DNA of 64,000 nt from Spirochaetia bacterium (GCA_965140585.1 OZ223266.1:32001-96000); one strand, 5' to 3'. Numbered from the stretch's first letter, positions 19,630 to 29,429 are shown. Notes: a model not told the origin generated them from the sequence alone. Numbers and translations: made by a program.

Positions 19630-20706
19630 ATGAAACAGTATTTTGCTTTGGGTTCATACACTGAACCTATTTTATTCGGCACCGGAGAGGTCTACCAGGG
19701 GCAGGGAAAAGGAATTACTATCTGCTCCTTTGAAAATGGTAAAATTGAAATAGTTAAAGAGATCGAAATCCGCAATCCTTCTTTTCTTTGTATCGATGAA
19801 AAAAATAAAAAGATATACGCAGTAAATGAAATGAAAGAATACCTTGGTGAAGAAGGCGGCGGCCTTACGCAGCTTTCCTATGCTGATGATTTTTCCATGT
19901 CGGTTGAAGGTTCATGGAATACAGGCGGAAAAGATCCCTGTCATCTTGAGATTTCACCTGACTCCAGTTTTATCGCTATATCAAATTTTGCAAGCGGTTC
20001 AGTTACTTTTTTTTCGCTTGAACATGAAGGTAATGTAACGGCTGACAGCAGGGCGATCTTTCAGCATAGCGGAAGCAGCATTCACCCTGTTAGACAGACA
20101 AGGCCTCATGCCCACAGCTGTATATTCAGCCGGGGGAATAATATGCTTTATGTTCCTGATTTAGGTCTGGATAAGGTCGTTGCGTATAAAATTGAAGATA
20201 GTATGATTTCGATGGATGAAACGAAGCTCATTGAAGTTGCCGCCGGCAGCGGGCCCCGTTACGGAGAGTTCACTAAGGACGGGAAGCATTTCTACCTTAT
20301 TAACGAAATCAGTTCCCGGATTATTCATTATACATGTGAAAACGGCACTCTAAATTTTAGACAGGTTGTTGAAACGCTCCCGGATGATTTTAAAGGTGAC
20401 AACATCTGTTCCGATCTCCATCTTACACCGGATGGAACAAAACTTTATGCTTCCAACAGAGGTCATGACAGTATTGTAAGCTATGAGATCAACAGTTCCG
20501 GTGAACTTACTCTGACAGGCAGAACACCCTGCGGAGGTAAAACTCCCAGGAATTTTGCAGTAGATCCGGCCGGAACTCATCTTCTGGTTGGTAACCAGGA
20601 CAGTGATTTGATTACCGTATTCAGAATTACTTCTGACGGGCAGCTTGAAAAATTGATTGATTGGGATACGGGTTCACCTGTCTGCATCAAGTTTTTTAAT
20701 CCATAG
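19630..20706 (+). CDS. pgl: 6-phosphogluconolactonase / beta-propeller lactonase
   Basis: GSYT, NPSFL, PCH, PHAH, PDLGLD, GSGPR, SNRGHDSI, GKTPRNF. Confidence 0.88.
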   Translation: MKQYFALGSYTEPILFGTGEVYQGQGKGITICSFENGKIEIVKEIEIRNPSFLCIDEKNKKIYAVNEMKEYLGEEGGGLTQLSYADDFSMSVEGSWNTGGKDPCHLEISPDSSFIAISNFASGSVTFFSLEHEGNVTADSRAIFQHSGSSIHPVRQTRPHAHSCIFSRGNNMLYVPDLGLDKVVAYKIEDSMISMDETKLIEVAAGSGPRYGEFTKDGKHFYLINEISSRIIHYTCENGTLNFRQVVETLPDDFKGDNICSDLHLTPDGTKLYASNRGHDSIVSYEINSSGELTLTGRTPCGGKTPRNFAVDPAGTHLLVGNQDSDLITVFRITSDGQLEKLIDWDTGSPVCIKFFNP

Positions 20707-20730
20707 AAATCCTATAACAAGGAGAAAAAT

Positions 20731-21497
20731 ATGCTTAAACTCAAAACTACGGGTAAATACGATTTAATTTGCCAGGCTAGTATAGGTGTGCGCATCACCC
20801 CTGCAGACAGACTTCCGGTTCATACAAGCCGGATGTTTCAGATGCAGTCAACCAGTGCCGAAAGCAATGTTCTAAATGTCTCTGCAGCACTTGGGCTTCG
20901 GACCAAGGGGCTGACTGCCTTTGTTAAGGACAGTCCGGTTTCCCGGTTTGTCAAAAGTGAGCTGCGTTTCCGCAATGTGGAATTTGAAGGACCTGAGGTA
21001 GAGTAGGACGGGCCCTGGGGAGTGAGGCCCCAGTTTAATATTGCCGACACCGGCTACGGTTTACGAGGGCCCCGGGTCTGGAACGACAGAGCCGGTGAAG
21101 TAGGAAGAACTTTAAATATCAAAGATTTTGATACAAAGAAAAATTTTCAGGAGGAAGGTGTAAAAATTCTTCATCTTTCAGGGCCTATTGCTGCAATGAG
21201 TACCGAAACTACTGAGTTCTGTCTCGAACTTGCGAGAGCAGCCGGAAAAAGCGGTACTCTTATTTCCTTTGATTTTAATTTCAGAGCTTCGTTCTGAAAG
21301 GGCCGGAAGCCGGCGGTGACGGCTTTGTTGCCGGACTTCTTTATGCTATTCTTAGAAACTGGAGTGAAGATGAGTGGATGCAGTTCGGCTTGGCTACCGG
21401 CGTTCTTGCCGCGTCAGTTCTGGATGATTACGGAACTCCGGCTGATGAAGAGCAGGTCTGGAGCATATACAAGGGCAATGCCAGGGTAAAGAGGTGA
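20731..21497 (+). pseudogene. kdgK: PfkB-family 2-keto-3-deoxygluconate kinase-like, disrupted
   Basis: SAESNV, in-frame TAG at 21004, DFNFRASF then TGA at 21295. After a frameshift/deletion comes GGDGFVAGLLY...GNARVKR*. Confidence 0.8.
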
Positions 21498-21500
21498 TTT

Positions 21501-22955
21501 ATGAAAAAAGCTGATATTGGTCTTATCGGTCTCGCTGTTATGGGTGAGAATCTGGTGATGAATATGGAATCAAAGGGATTCACCGCCGTAGTTTATAATC
21601 GTACCACAAGTAAGGTTGATGACTTTGTTAACGGCAGGGCCAGGGGGAAAAACATTATTGGAACACATAGTCTTTCCGAGCTGGCAGATAATCTTGCAAA
21701 ACCCAGGAAAGTAATGATGATGGTTAAGGCCGGTAAGCCGGTTGATGAACTTATAGACCAGCTTCTGGAAGTCGTTGAACCGGGTGATATTATCATTGAC
21801 GGAGGCAACAGCCACTTTTCCGACACAATCAGAAGAACCGAATATGTAGAAAGTAAGGGGCTTTATTATATAGGAAGCGGTGTTTCAGGCGGTGAAGAGG
21901 GTGCTTTAAAGGGTCCGAGCATAATGCCCGGCGGCAGCCCGTCGGCCTGGCCGTCAGTTAAGCCCCTCCTTCAGGCAATTTCTGCAAAAGTAGAAGACGG
22001 GTCGCCATGCTGCGACTGGGTCGGTGAAAACGGGGCCGGTCATTTTGTAAAGATGGTTCATAACGGTATTGAGTACGGTGATATGCAGATAATCTGCGAG
22101 GCCTATCAGCTTATGAAAGACCTGCTTGGAATGAGTGCCGATGAGATGCATGAGGTGTTTAAGCAGTGGAATGAAACTGAACTTGACAGCTACCTCATCG
22201 AAATAACCCGCGATATTCTTGCATACAAGGATACTGACGGAAAACCTATAGTAGATAAAATACTTGATACGGCAGGGCAGAAGGGAACAGGTAAGTGGAC
22301 CGGTATTACAGCGCTTGATGAAGGCGTTCCCCTGACGCTGATTGGTGAGAGTGTTTTCAGCCGCTGCCTGTCGGCTATCAAGGATGAGCGTGTTAAAGCT
22401 GCACAGGAGTATTCTGGAAAGCAGAAATCAGTATTCAGCGGTGACCGGAAGCAGTTTATTGCTGATATTAAAAGTGCACTGTATGCGTCGAAGATTATTT
22501 CATACGCTCAGGGTTACAGTCTTATGAGAACAGCTGCTGCCACATACAAATGGAACCTCAATTACGGCGGCATTGCTCTCATGTGGCGGGGCGGATGTAT
22601 AATAAGGTCTGTATTTCTGGGTAAGATTAAAGAGGCCTTCGACAGTAATCCGGAACTTACAAACCTTCTGCTTGATCCCTACTTTAAGGGAGTGATGGAA
22701 TCGCTTCTTGAACCATGGCGCAGGGTTGTTTCCCAGGCTGTGCTTTGCGGTGTTCCGGTGCCTGCATTTGCAGCGGCCTTGTCCTACTTTGACGGTTATA
22801 CATGTGAACGTCTCCCTGCAAATCTGCTTCAGGCACAGAGGGATTATTTCGGCGCCCATACCTACGAAAGGCTTGATGAAGTACGGGGAAAGTTTTTTCA
22901 TACAAACTGGACCGGGCACGGCGGAAGCACCTCTGCTTCCACATACAATGTTTAA
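21501..22955 (+). CDS. gndA: 6-phosphogluconate dehydrogenase, decarboxylating (NADP+)
   Basis: IGLIGLAVMG, GVSGGEEGA, KMVHNGIEY, QKGTGKW, QAQRDYFGAHTY. Confidence 0.97.
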   Translation: MKKADIGLIGLAVMGENLVMNMESKGFTAVVYNRTTSKVDDFVNGRARGKNIIGTHSLSELADNLAKPRKVMMMVKAGKPVDELIDQLLEVVEPGDIIIDGGNSHFSDTIRRTEYVESKGLYYIGSGVSGGEEGALKGPSIMPGGSPSAWPSVKPLLQAISAKVEDGSPCCDWVGENGAGHFVKMVHNGIEYGDMQIICEAYQLMKDLLGMSADEMHEVFKQWNETELDSYLIEITRDILAYKDTDGKPIVDKILDTAGQKGTGKWTGITALDEGVPLTLIGESVFSRCLSAIKDERVKAAQEYSGKQKSVFSGDRKQFIADIKSALYASKIISYAQGYSLMRTAAATYKWNLNYGGIALMWRGGCIIRSVFLGKIKEAFDSNPELTNLLLDPYFKGVMESLLEPWRRVVSQAVLCGVPVPAFAAALSYFDGYTCERLPANLLQAQRDYFGAHTYERLDEVRGKFFHTNWTGHGGSTSASTYNV

Positions 22956-22959
22956 CGTT

Positions 22960-24201
22960 ATGACAAATACAGAAATCAAAAATCAAATTGAGTTATTTCT
23001 TGCATCGCAGGGAGAACTCAAAAGAGTTCTCCTTGTAGGGCCGGATTTTACCCGTTATTTTTCAAATGCGGGGTATATATGCAACTATGCCTACCACTGG
23101 CTTGTAGAGCGGGGCTGTGAAGTAAAAATACTTGAAGCCCTTGGAACCCATGTTGCAATGACTGAAGAAGAACTCAGTGAAATGTACGGAGATATTCCAC
23201 ACTCCTGTTTTGTAGTTCATGACTGGAGAAATGATGTTGAAACCATCGGTGAGGTGCCCGCTACTTTTTTAAGTGAGGTTACCGACGGAATCTGGACTGA
23301 AGGCATATCGGTACAGGTTAACAGGCTTGTCCTTGACCCCTCGTTTGACCTGATACTTTCTGTAGGACAGGTCGTTCCGCATGAAGTAATAGGTATGGCA
23401 AACCATGCGAAAAATCTCTTTGTCGGGGTCGGCGGAGCAGACATGATCAATAAGAGCCATATGGTCGGGGCGGTATACGGAATGGAAAAGATGATGGGCA
23501 AGGATTTTACCCCGGTACGGAAGGTATTTGACTATGCCCTTGATAAGTTTCTGTCCGAACTTCCGATATGGTTTGCTCTCACAGTTTGTACTGCACCGGA
23601 GGGTGATATTGAAACTCATGGTTTTTTCATAGGCAACACCAGAAAAGTTCTGGAAGACGCGGTAGCTCTGTCGCAGGAGAAGAATATTGATTTCGTTGAT
23701 CACGGCATACAGAAATGTGTTGTATATCTTGATCCGAAAGAGTTTAAAAGCACCTGGCTTGGAAACAAGAGTATATACCGTACCCGCATGGCCATTGCCG
23801 ATGGGGGCGAACTGCTGGTTCTTGCCCCCGGAGTTGATAGGTTCGGTGAGGATCCGCAGAATGATGAGCTTATCAGAAAATATGGATACCGGGGGCGTGT
23901 ACATACCCTGGAAGAGTTCAAGAACAACAGCGATCTTGCAGGGAACGCCGGAGTTGCCGCCCATCTTATACACGGTTCATCCGATGAGAGGTTTTCAATT
24001 ACCTACGCGGTGAAGAATATAACCGAGAAGGAAATTGATGATATCGGATTTAAAAGTACATCCTATGATGAGATGGTTAAAATCTATAATCCGGAAAAAC
24101 TTGTCTACGGCTATAACAAAATGCCCGATGGTGAAGTTATTTACTTCATTCCAAACCCGGCTTTGGGGCTGTGGATTAACCGGGAGAAGTTTGAGGGTTG
24201 A
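22960..24201 (+). CDS. LarA (lactate racemase)-family nickel-pincer enzyme, likely sugar-acid 2-epimerase (gluconate/mannonate type)
   Basis: PDFTR, ALGTH, HDWR, VVPHEVIG..NHAK, STWLGNK...TRMAIADGG. Sugar-acid context. The upstream ORF extension overlapping gnd was ignored. Confidence 0.8.
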   Translation: MTNTEIKNQIELFLASQGELKRVLLVGPDFTRYFSNAGYICNYAYHWLVERGCEVKILEALGTHVAMTEEELSEMYGDIPHSCFVVHDWRNDVETIGEVPATFLSEVTDGIWTEGISVQVNRLVLDPSFDLILSVGQVVPHEVIGMANHAKNLFVGVGGADMINKSHMVGAVYGMEKMMGKDFTPVRKVFDYALDKFLSELPIWFALTVCTAPEGDIETHGFFIGNTRKVLEDAVALSQEKNIDFVDHGIQKCVVYLDPKEFKSTWLGNKSIYRTRMAIADGGELLVLAPGVDRFGEDPQNDELIRKYGYRGRVHTLEEFKNNSDLAGNAGVAAHLIHGSSDERFSITYAVKNITEKEIDDIGFKSTSYDEMVKIYNPEKLVYGYNKMPDGEVIYFIPNPALGLWINREKFEG

Positions 24202-24203
24202 AA

Positions 24204-24250
24204 ATTATCTTTGAATATTCGGAGTGTCAATCCGGATTTTCAAGGATAAA
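24204..24250. repeat. 47-bp direct repeat, copy 1 (imperfectly palindromic)
   Basis: ATTATCTTTGAATATTCGGAGTGTCAATCCGGATTTTCAAGGATAAA, 44/47 identical to 29365..29411. Confidence 0.9.
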
Positions 24251-24288
24251 TCTGTTTGCTGGCGATTGTATAAACTCAAATAAAAAAA

Positions 24289-24317
24289 TTGACAGCTGGC
24301 TTCTTTTCCTGTACCTT
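24289..24317 (+). promoter_or_regulatory. Putative sigma70 promoter
   Basis: TTGACA-N17-TACCTT upstream of the Moco-type RNA leader. Confidence 0.55.
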
Positions 24318-24361
24318 GTTTGCAAGTTCCTGAGAACTATCAATACATGATTATTTAATTC

Positions 24362-24470
24362 GGCTCCGAGCACTCTTATCCTAAAAACTGTAAACCTTAC
24401 AGTTCATTCAGGGATATTGTGCCGATAGGGTTCTGCCGGAAACAGCAGAGCCTCCCGTATTGGAAAGGAG
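24362..24470 (+). ncRNA. Moco RNA motif (molybdenum-cofactor riboswitch candidate, P3-containing)
   Basis: CTCCGAG...CCTAA...AGGGT...GAAA...GCCTCCC...TGGAAAGGAG pattern. P1 CTCC/GGAG pairs with the RBS. P2 GCAC/GTGC plus TATCCT/AGGGATA. P3 AACTGTAA/TTACAGTT. P4 GGGTTCTGC/GCAGAGCCT with a GAAA tetraloop. Confidence 0.82.
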
Positions 24471-24477
24471 AGAAAGA

Positions 24478-25587
24478 ATGTGCCTCAAAAAAAGAATTAT
24501 ATTAATTCTATTAATCACATTTTTGCCAATGACGATGCTGTCCGCCGCAGGGCAGCAGGAAACCACGACCGCTGATGAAGCAGTATCCGAAACACGAACT
24601 GTGACCGACATGAAAGGCAATGAAATAATTCTGCCTGTTCAGGGTACCAGATATGCTGTCCTCGGAGGACCAATAAGCCTCACACCCTACCTTTTTGGTG
24701 TTCAGGAAGATGTAATTGCTGTAACCAAAGGTCCCCAGAAGATGCGGATGATGCAGATTATGGATCCCGGCATAGTTAATAAACCGGCTCCACGTACCAC
24801 AAATGGAAATGTTAATGTTGAAGAACTTCTTATGTCCGATCCGGACTGTGTTATCAGTTTTGAAGTTGACGGTCAGATTGTAGTTGATCACACAGATATT
24901 CCGGTTATTTTTCTTACCGGTTCGATGGGCGACGGTTTTGAAGAAATTAAAAACGAAGTTCGTTTTTTCGGCGGAGTATTTCAGAATGCAGAAAAGGCTG
25001 AAGAGTACTGCAGTTACATGGACAGTACCCTGGCACTGATTGATGAAAGGCTGAAAGATATCAAGGAAGCAGATTTTCGCTCCGTTTATCTTGGTGAAGG
25101 ACTTAAGCATCTTGATATTCTAGGCGGCGATACCTTCATGAATGAATGGCTTAATGCTGCTCATTGTAAGAATGCATCCTTTGATATTCTTACTGCTGAA
25201 GGAAAAGAGGGTGATCTTCATTCAGGATTCCGTGAGATTTCGATGGAACAGGTTCTTGCTTCCGACCCTGAAATAATTATTATCAATGAAGGCAAACCTG
25301 AAGACTTAACACAGGATCCCAGGTGGAATGAGATAACCGCAGTAAAGGATGGCCGCGTATTTATGGCTCCCAGCGGACTCTTTGTATGGAGCCGTCCGTC
25401 AATCGAATCCGCAGTTCTGTATCCTCTGTGGATAGCCTTTCAGGTTTACCCGGAATATTTTGCAGACCTTTCTCTAGAAGATGAGTTCACAAAGTTCTAT
25501 AACGAAATGTTTAACTTTAATATTGAGCCCGAGGTTGTTAAAGCCGTAATTTCAGGTGCCTTCAGTTCAAACTTCAATCCTTTTTAG
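24478..25587 (+). CDS. Type II ABC transporter substrate-binding protein (Fe-siderophore/cobalamin/MolA class)
   Basis: Signal peptide ...AAGQQE, TVTDMKG, NVEELLMSDPD, SMEQVLASDPE, AVKDGRVF. Confidence 0.87.
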   Translation: MCLKKRIILILLITFLPMTMLSAAGQQETTTADEAVSETRTVTDMKGNEIILPVQGTRYAVLGGPISLTPYLFGVQEDVIAVTKGPQKMRMMQIMDPGIVNKPAPRTTNGNVNVEELLMSDPDCVISFEVDGQIVVDHTDIPVIFLTGSMGDGFEEIKNEVRFFGGVFQNAEKAEEYCSYMDSTLALIDERLKDIKEADFRSVYLGEGLKHLDILGGDTFMNEWLNAAHCKNASFDILTAEGKEGDLHSGFREISMEQVLASDPEIIIINEGKPEDLTQDPRWNEITAVKDGRVFMAPSGLFVWSRPSIESAVLYPLWIAFQVYPEYFADLSLEDEFTKFYNEMFNFNIEPEVVKAVISGAFSSNFNPF

Positions 25588-25595
25588 GCATTAAT

Positions 25596-26633
25596 GTGGA
25601 TAAACTGTTAAAAAAGGAAAAATGGGGAGTATTGCATTACAGGCAGATAATTATTATTTCGTCTTTAGTATTGTTTGCCGTAATTCTGACCGCTCTTTGC
25701 CTCGGGCGGTACAGAATATCCCCGCCTGAAGTTTTTAAAATTCTACTATATAAACCCTTTGCTTCTGAGCCATCGTGGTCTAAAAATGTAGAGACTGTTA
25801 TCTTTCAGGTAAGGCTGCCCAGAATTATAGCAGGCTTTCTTGTCGGAGCAGGGCTTTCCCTTGCAGGGGCCAGTCTGCAGTCGATGTTTAAAAACCCGCT
25901 GGTTTCCTCACAGATCCTCGGCGTGGCCTCCGGAGCCGGTTTCGGCGCCGCAATTGCAATCCTTCTGTTTGAAAGCATAATAATCACGCAGATATCATCC
26001 TTTGTTTTCGGCCTTGCAGCAGTTGGGTTGACATGGCTCTTAAGCCGCAGAAAATCTGTAACTCCAGTCATACTGCTTGTCCTATCCGGTGTGGTTGTCG
26101 GCAGTTTATTCTCCTCTATGACATCAATGGTGAAATATCTTGCCGATCCGATGAACAAGATGCCGGCAATTGTATTCTGGCTGCTGGGGTCTCTTAATCA
26201 TGTTAATGTAAATGAGCTGCGACTTCTGGGGCCTGTAATGATAGTTTCGGGCGGGATGCTGCTTCTTATCAGGTGGCGTTTGAATATTCTTACAATGGGT
26301 GATGAATCCGCTAAAGCTCTTGGGGTGAATACAGAGCAGCTGAAGGTTATAGTCATAATATGCTCTACTTTGCTAACTGCTTCATCTGTCTGCCTTTGCG
26401 GAATAATCGGTTGGGTGGGTCTGGTCATTCCCCATATAGGAAGGCTGATTGCCGGCCCGGATAACCGAAGACTGCTGCCGATTTGTGTTCTTGTGGGCGG
26501 GGCTTTCATGATCATTGTGGATACCATAGCAAGGACTGCGACCGAGACTGAGATTCCGCTTGGTGTGCTTACGTCTGTAATAGGTGCTCCAATCTTTTCA
26601 ACATTATTGCTGAGAAAGGAGACAGGATGGTAG
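25596..26633 (+). CDS. FecCD/BtuC/MolB-family ABC permease
   Basis: VRLPRI, FKNPLVS..LGVASGAGFG, GDESAKALG, GWVGLVIPH, EIPLG. Confidence 0.9.
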   Translation: MDKLLKKEKWGVLHYRQIIIISSLVLFAVILTALCLGRYRISPPEVFKILLYKPFASEPSWSKNVETVIFQVRLPRIIAGFLVGAGLSLAGASLQSMFKNPLVSSQILGVASGAGFGAAIAILLFESIIITQISSFVFGLAAVGLTWLLSRRKSVTPVILLVLSGVVVGSLFSSMTSMVKYLADPMNKMPAIVFWLLGSLNHVNVNELRLLGPVMIVSGGMLLLIRWRLNILTMGDESAKALGVNTEQLKVIVIICSTLLTASSVCLCGIIGWVGLVIPHIGRLIAGPDNRRLLPICVLVGGAFMIIVDTIARTATETEIPLGVLTSVIGAPIFSTLLLRKETGW

Positions 26634-27436
26634 GAACATCTGAAGCAGTCAGGATAAGTGTTCAGAACCTGACTTTTAACTATGGGGACAAAGCGGCTGA
26701 TGTTTTCAGGGATGTCAGCTTTGATATTATTGAGGGGGATGTTATATCCCTTCTGGGCCCGAACGGCACAGGGAAATCGACACTGCTGAAATGTATTGCC
26801 GGTGTTCTTGATTCGCATGGACGTATTTTTCTTGACGGAAAGGATGTTGATGAAATGCATCATAATGCAATTGCTGCAAAGATTGCCTATGTACCGCAGA
26901 CCCAGGTTTCACCCTTTCCATATCCTGTTAAAGAGATAGTAATGATGGGCCGGGCATCCCACCTTGGTCTTTTTTCATCTCCCGGCATGCATGATGAAGA
27001 TATCTGCAATGAAGCTATGAAGCGGGTAGGGATTGAATATCTTGCAGACCGCCCCTGTACAAGAATAAGCGGTGGTGAGTGGCAGCTGGTTCTGATAGCC
27101 CGGGCAATTGCTCAGGAGTCGGGAATCCTGCTTCTTGATGAACCCACCTCTCACCTGGATCTTGGGAATCAGATGAGAATTCTTGAAACTATAAATAGTC
27201 TATCAGTAGCAGGCTTCACAATTATGGTAGCTACTCATTTTCCTGATCATGCTCTGCTTACTTCAAACAGGGCTGCCATTCTTAAAGACGGTCGGCTCTC
27301 GGATTTATTGGAACCTGAGAAAATAATCACGGAAGATATGATTGCAAGGACATATGGTGTTGATGTAAAGATAATTCAGCATGAAAGTCTTGGTAAAAGA
27401 AAAATGATTGTACCAATGTTAAAGGAGAAAGTATGA
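26627..27436 (+). CDS. ABC transporter ATP-binding subunit
   Basis: GPNGTGKS, ISGGE, LLLDEPTSHLD, ATHFPDH (MolC-like THxPxH). Confidence 0.92.
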   Translation: MVGTSEAVRISVQNLTFNYGDKAADVFRDVSFDIIEGDVISLLGPNGTGKSTLLKCIAGVLDSHGRIFLDGKDVDEMHHNAIAAKIAYVPQTQVSPFPYPVKEIVMMGRASHLGLFSSPGMHDEDICNEAMKRVGIEYLADRPCTRISGGEWQLVLIARAIAQESGILLLDEPTSHLDLGNQMRILETINSLSVAGFTIMVATHFPDHALLTSNRAAILKDGRLSDLLEPEKIITEDMIARTYGVDVKIIQHESLGKRKMIVPMLKEKV

Positions 27437-28197
27437 TAGTTGATAAAATAATAGAGCAGGCGACAGAAAGAGCACTTAAAGGCGGCCAGACTTTGAAACG
27501 GCTGGTAGTAGGTGTCAAATATCTCGGGGTTGAGCTTTCAGACGGAAGCTGCGGATTGGCATTCCGCTTTGATCCGGATCCCTTCCATTTTATTGCAAAG
27601 AAATCCGGATCAGATGAGTATGATAAACTTCCCCTTACGACCCTTATAGGTTTTGCCGCCGATAACAGATCGCTTTTAAGATCCGGTATTGGAATTGCCG
27701 TAATTAACGCGCTTACTCCGTGGGAAGAAATGCAGAGCCCGGAAAAGAAGGATTCTGCCGAGGCTGCCGGAATAAAAGATGGTGATGTAGTCGGTATGGT
27801 CGGGTTTTTTCCGCCGCTGGTAAAGATGCTTGAAAAAAGAGATGTTGATCTACGTGTTTTTGAACGCTCAGTTCATCAGCCTCATCCTTATCTCTACCCT
27901 GACTGGGCTGAGCACAGACTCCTGCCCGAATGTGATGTTGTCATACTTACCGGAACCTCCTGTATTAATGGGACAATTGATCAGCTTCTTGACTACTGCT
28001 CAAATGCAAGACAGGTAAGCGTTACCGGACCCTCCACTCCCATGTATCCGAAAGCCTTTGCCGGTACGAATGCTACAATACTTGCCGGGGCAAAATATAA
28101 GGAAGATGAGAAAGAAGAGTTATTCAAGGCATTATCGCTTGGTTACTGCGGTTCAGAGACTCTTAACTATATGGATAAGTTTGCCTGGCGGCTGTAG
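27433..28197 (+). CDS. DUF364-family protein (enolase-N-like plus Rossmann-like)
   Basis: GIAVINAL, VGMVGFF.PL, VFER, LLPECDVVILTGTSCINGTIDQLL, TGPSTP. Confidence 0.82.
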   Translation: MIVDKIIEQATERALKGGQTLKRLVVGVKYLGVELSDGSCGLAFRFDPDPFHFIAKKSGSDEYDKLPLTTLIGFAADNRSLLRSGIGIAVINALTPWEEMQSPEKKDSAEAAGIKDGDVVGMVGFFPPLVKMLEKRDVDLRVFERSVHQPHPYLYPDWAEHRLLPECDVVILTGTSCINGTIDQLLDYCSNARQVSVTGPSTPMYPKAFAGTNATILAGAKYKEDEKEELFKALSLGYCGSETLNYMDKFAWRL

Positions 28198-28238
28198 ATC
28201 TTACGAAGTATCATTATTTACTTGCAAAAACAATTATT

Positions 28239-29357
28239 TCAGGGTTGTAGTATACTAATTATTTCCTGAAGAGGGCAGGCTTCAATTATACCGGTTAAAG
28301 GAAATTGTTCCTTAACGGGGTAGATGATGTACAACTTTTCAAGTGAAAGATCGTTTATTGCAATATGCATCGATTTTGTTGTTTTAGGTGCTTCAGAAAA
28401 TTTAAATTCCAGACCGATTTTCTTTCCGTCTTTTTGGAGAAATAAATCAATTTCTGCGCCGCTGTATGTCGACCAGAAATTCGGAACAACGCTCGGTGAA
28501 GTCTTGAGAACCTGTTCCATGGCAAAGCCTTCCCATGAGGCGCGCCAAGGGCCGGATGGCTTAGAAGTGTATTCTTGTCGTTGATTCCCAGTAAGTGATG
28601 CAGCAATCCTGAGTCGGTAAAATAGATTTAGGTGATTTTACCTGACGTTTTTTTAAATTTTCAAACCAGGATTGAAGAGGTCTAATCATGTATGTCGCGC
28701 TTAGTATATCAATATACTATCTGATGGTTTTATCGCTCATACCCATTGAGCCTGCAAGCTGTGAACTGTTAAGCAGCTGACCATTGCTGTGAGCAAGCAT
28801 AGTCCAGAAACGCCGAAGGGCTGTAGATGGAATAATAATTCCCAGCTGCGGAATATCCCTTTCAAGAAAGGTCCGGATGAATCCCTCTCTCCAGGACAGG
28901 CTGTCCTCTTCTGTTTTGGAAAGAAAAGACAGCGGGAATCCGCCTCACAGCCAAAGTTGTTCTAAACTGCCTGTTCCTGTTTCAGATAAGTTGAGACCAT
29001 GCAGATCAATGAATTCAATTCTGCCGGCAAGTGATTCTGAAGTCCTTTTAACAAGTGAAGGAGAGGCTCTTCCTATAATCAGAAATCTTCCATTCTCAGC
29101 TGTTTTGTCAGCCAGTACTCTATCTGTATTTCATCTATAATAATCAGTCCGTGGAGATTTGAAAGATAAAGTTCCGGATTCTGCATTTTATCCATGTCTG
29201 TAGGTGATTCCAGATCCAGAAAATGTGATTCGACCTGCTGTGCGATTTCTCTGGCCAGTGTAGTTTTTCCGAACTGACGCGGGCCCAGCAGCGCTGTGAT
29301 TCTGGATCTTTTTAATGCCCGATAACTCTGCTCCTTATATGCAGTCCGCTCAATCAT
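28239..29357 (-). pseudogene. AAA_14/DUF4143 ATPase, multiply frameshifted
   Basis: GPRQFGKTT and IIIDEIQ at the 5' end. GAEIDL...GLEFKFSEAP at the 3' end. The middle is spread over several frames. Confidence 0.85.
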
Positions 29358-29364
29358 ATCTAAT

Positions 29365-29411
29365 ATTATCTTTGAATATTCGGAGTGTTGATCCGGATTT
29401 TCAAGAATAAA
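29365..29411. repeat. 47-bp direct repeat, copy 2
   Basis: ATTATCTTTGAATATTCGGAGTGTTGATCCGGATTTTCAAGAATAAA, immediately upstream of the AAA ATPase start. Confidence 0.9.
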
Positions 29412-29429
29412 CATGGCGATGTATTGAAT

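Noticed and set aside
21004-21297. In-frame TAG and TGA in kdgK as pyrrolysine/selenocysteine or recoding
   Set aside because: They are simply explained as CAG>TAG and TGG>TGA changes, and the same gene also has a deletion/frameshift. Neighbouring genes are decayed too.
22708-22959. 84-aa N-terminal extension of the LarA-family ORF
   Set aside because: It overlaps the gndA 3' end in another frame. Family similarity begins at MTNTE (22960).
23269-23973. Long antisense ORFs (e.g. 23269..23973, 24511..25110, 26198..26863, 37440..38051, 47551..48102)
   Set aside because: They are shadows of well-supported genes on the opposite strand and have no recognisable motifs.
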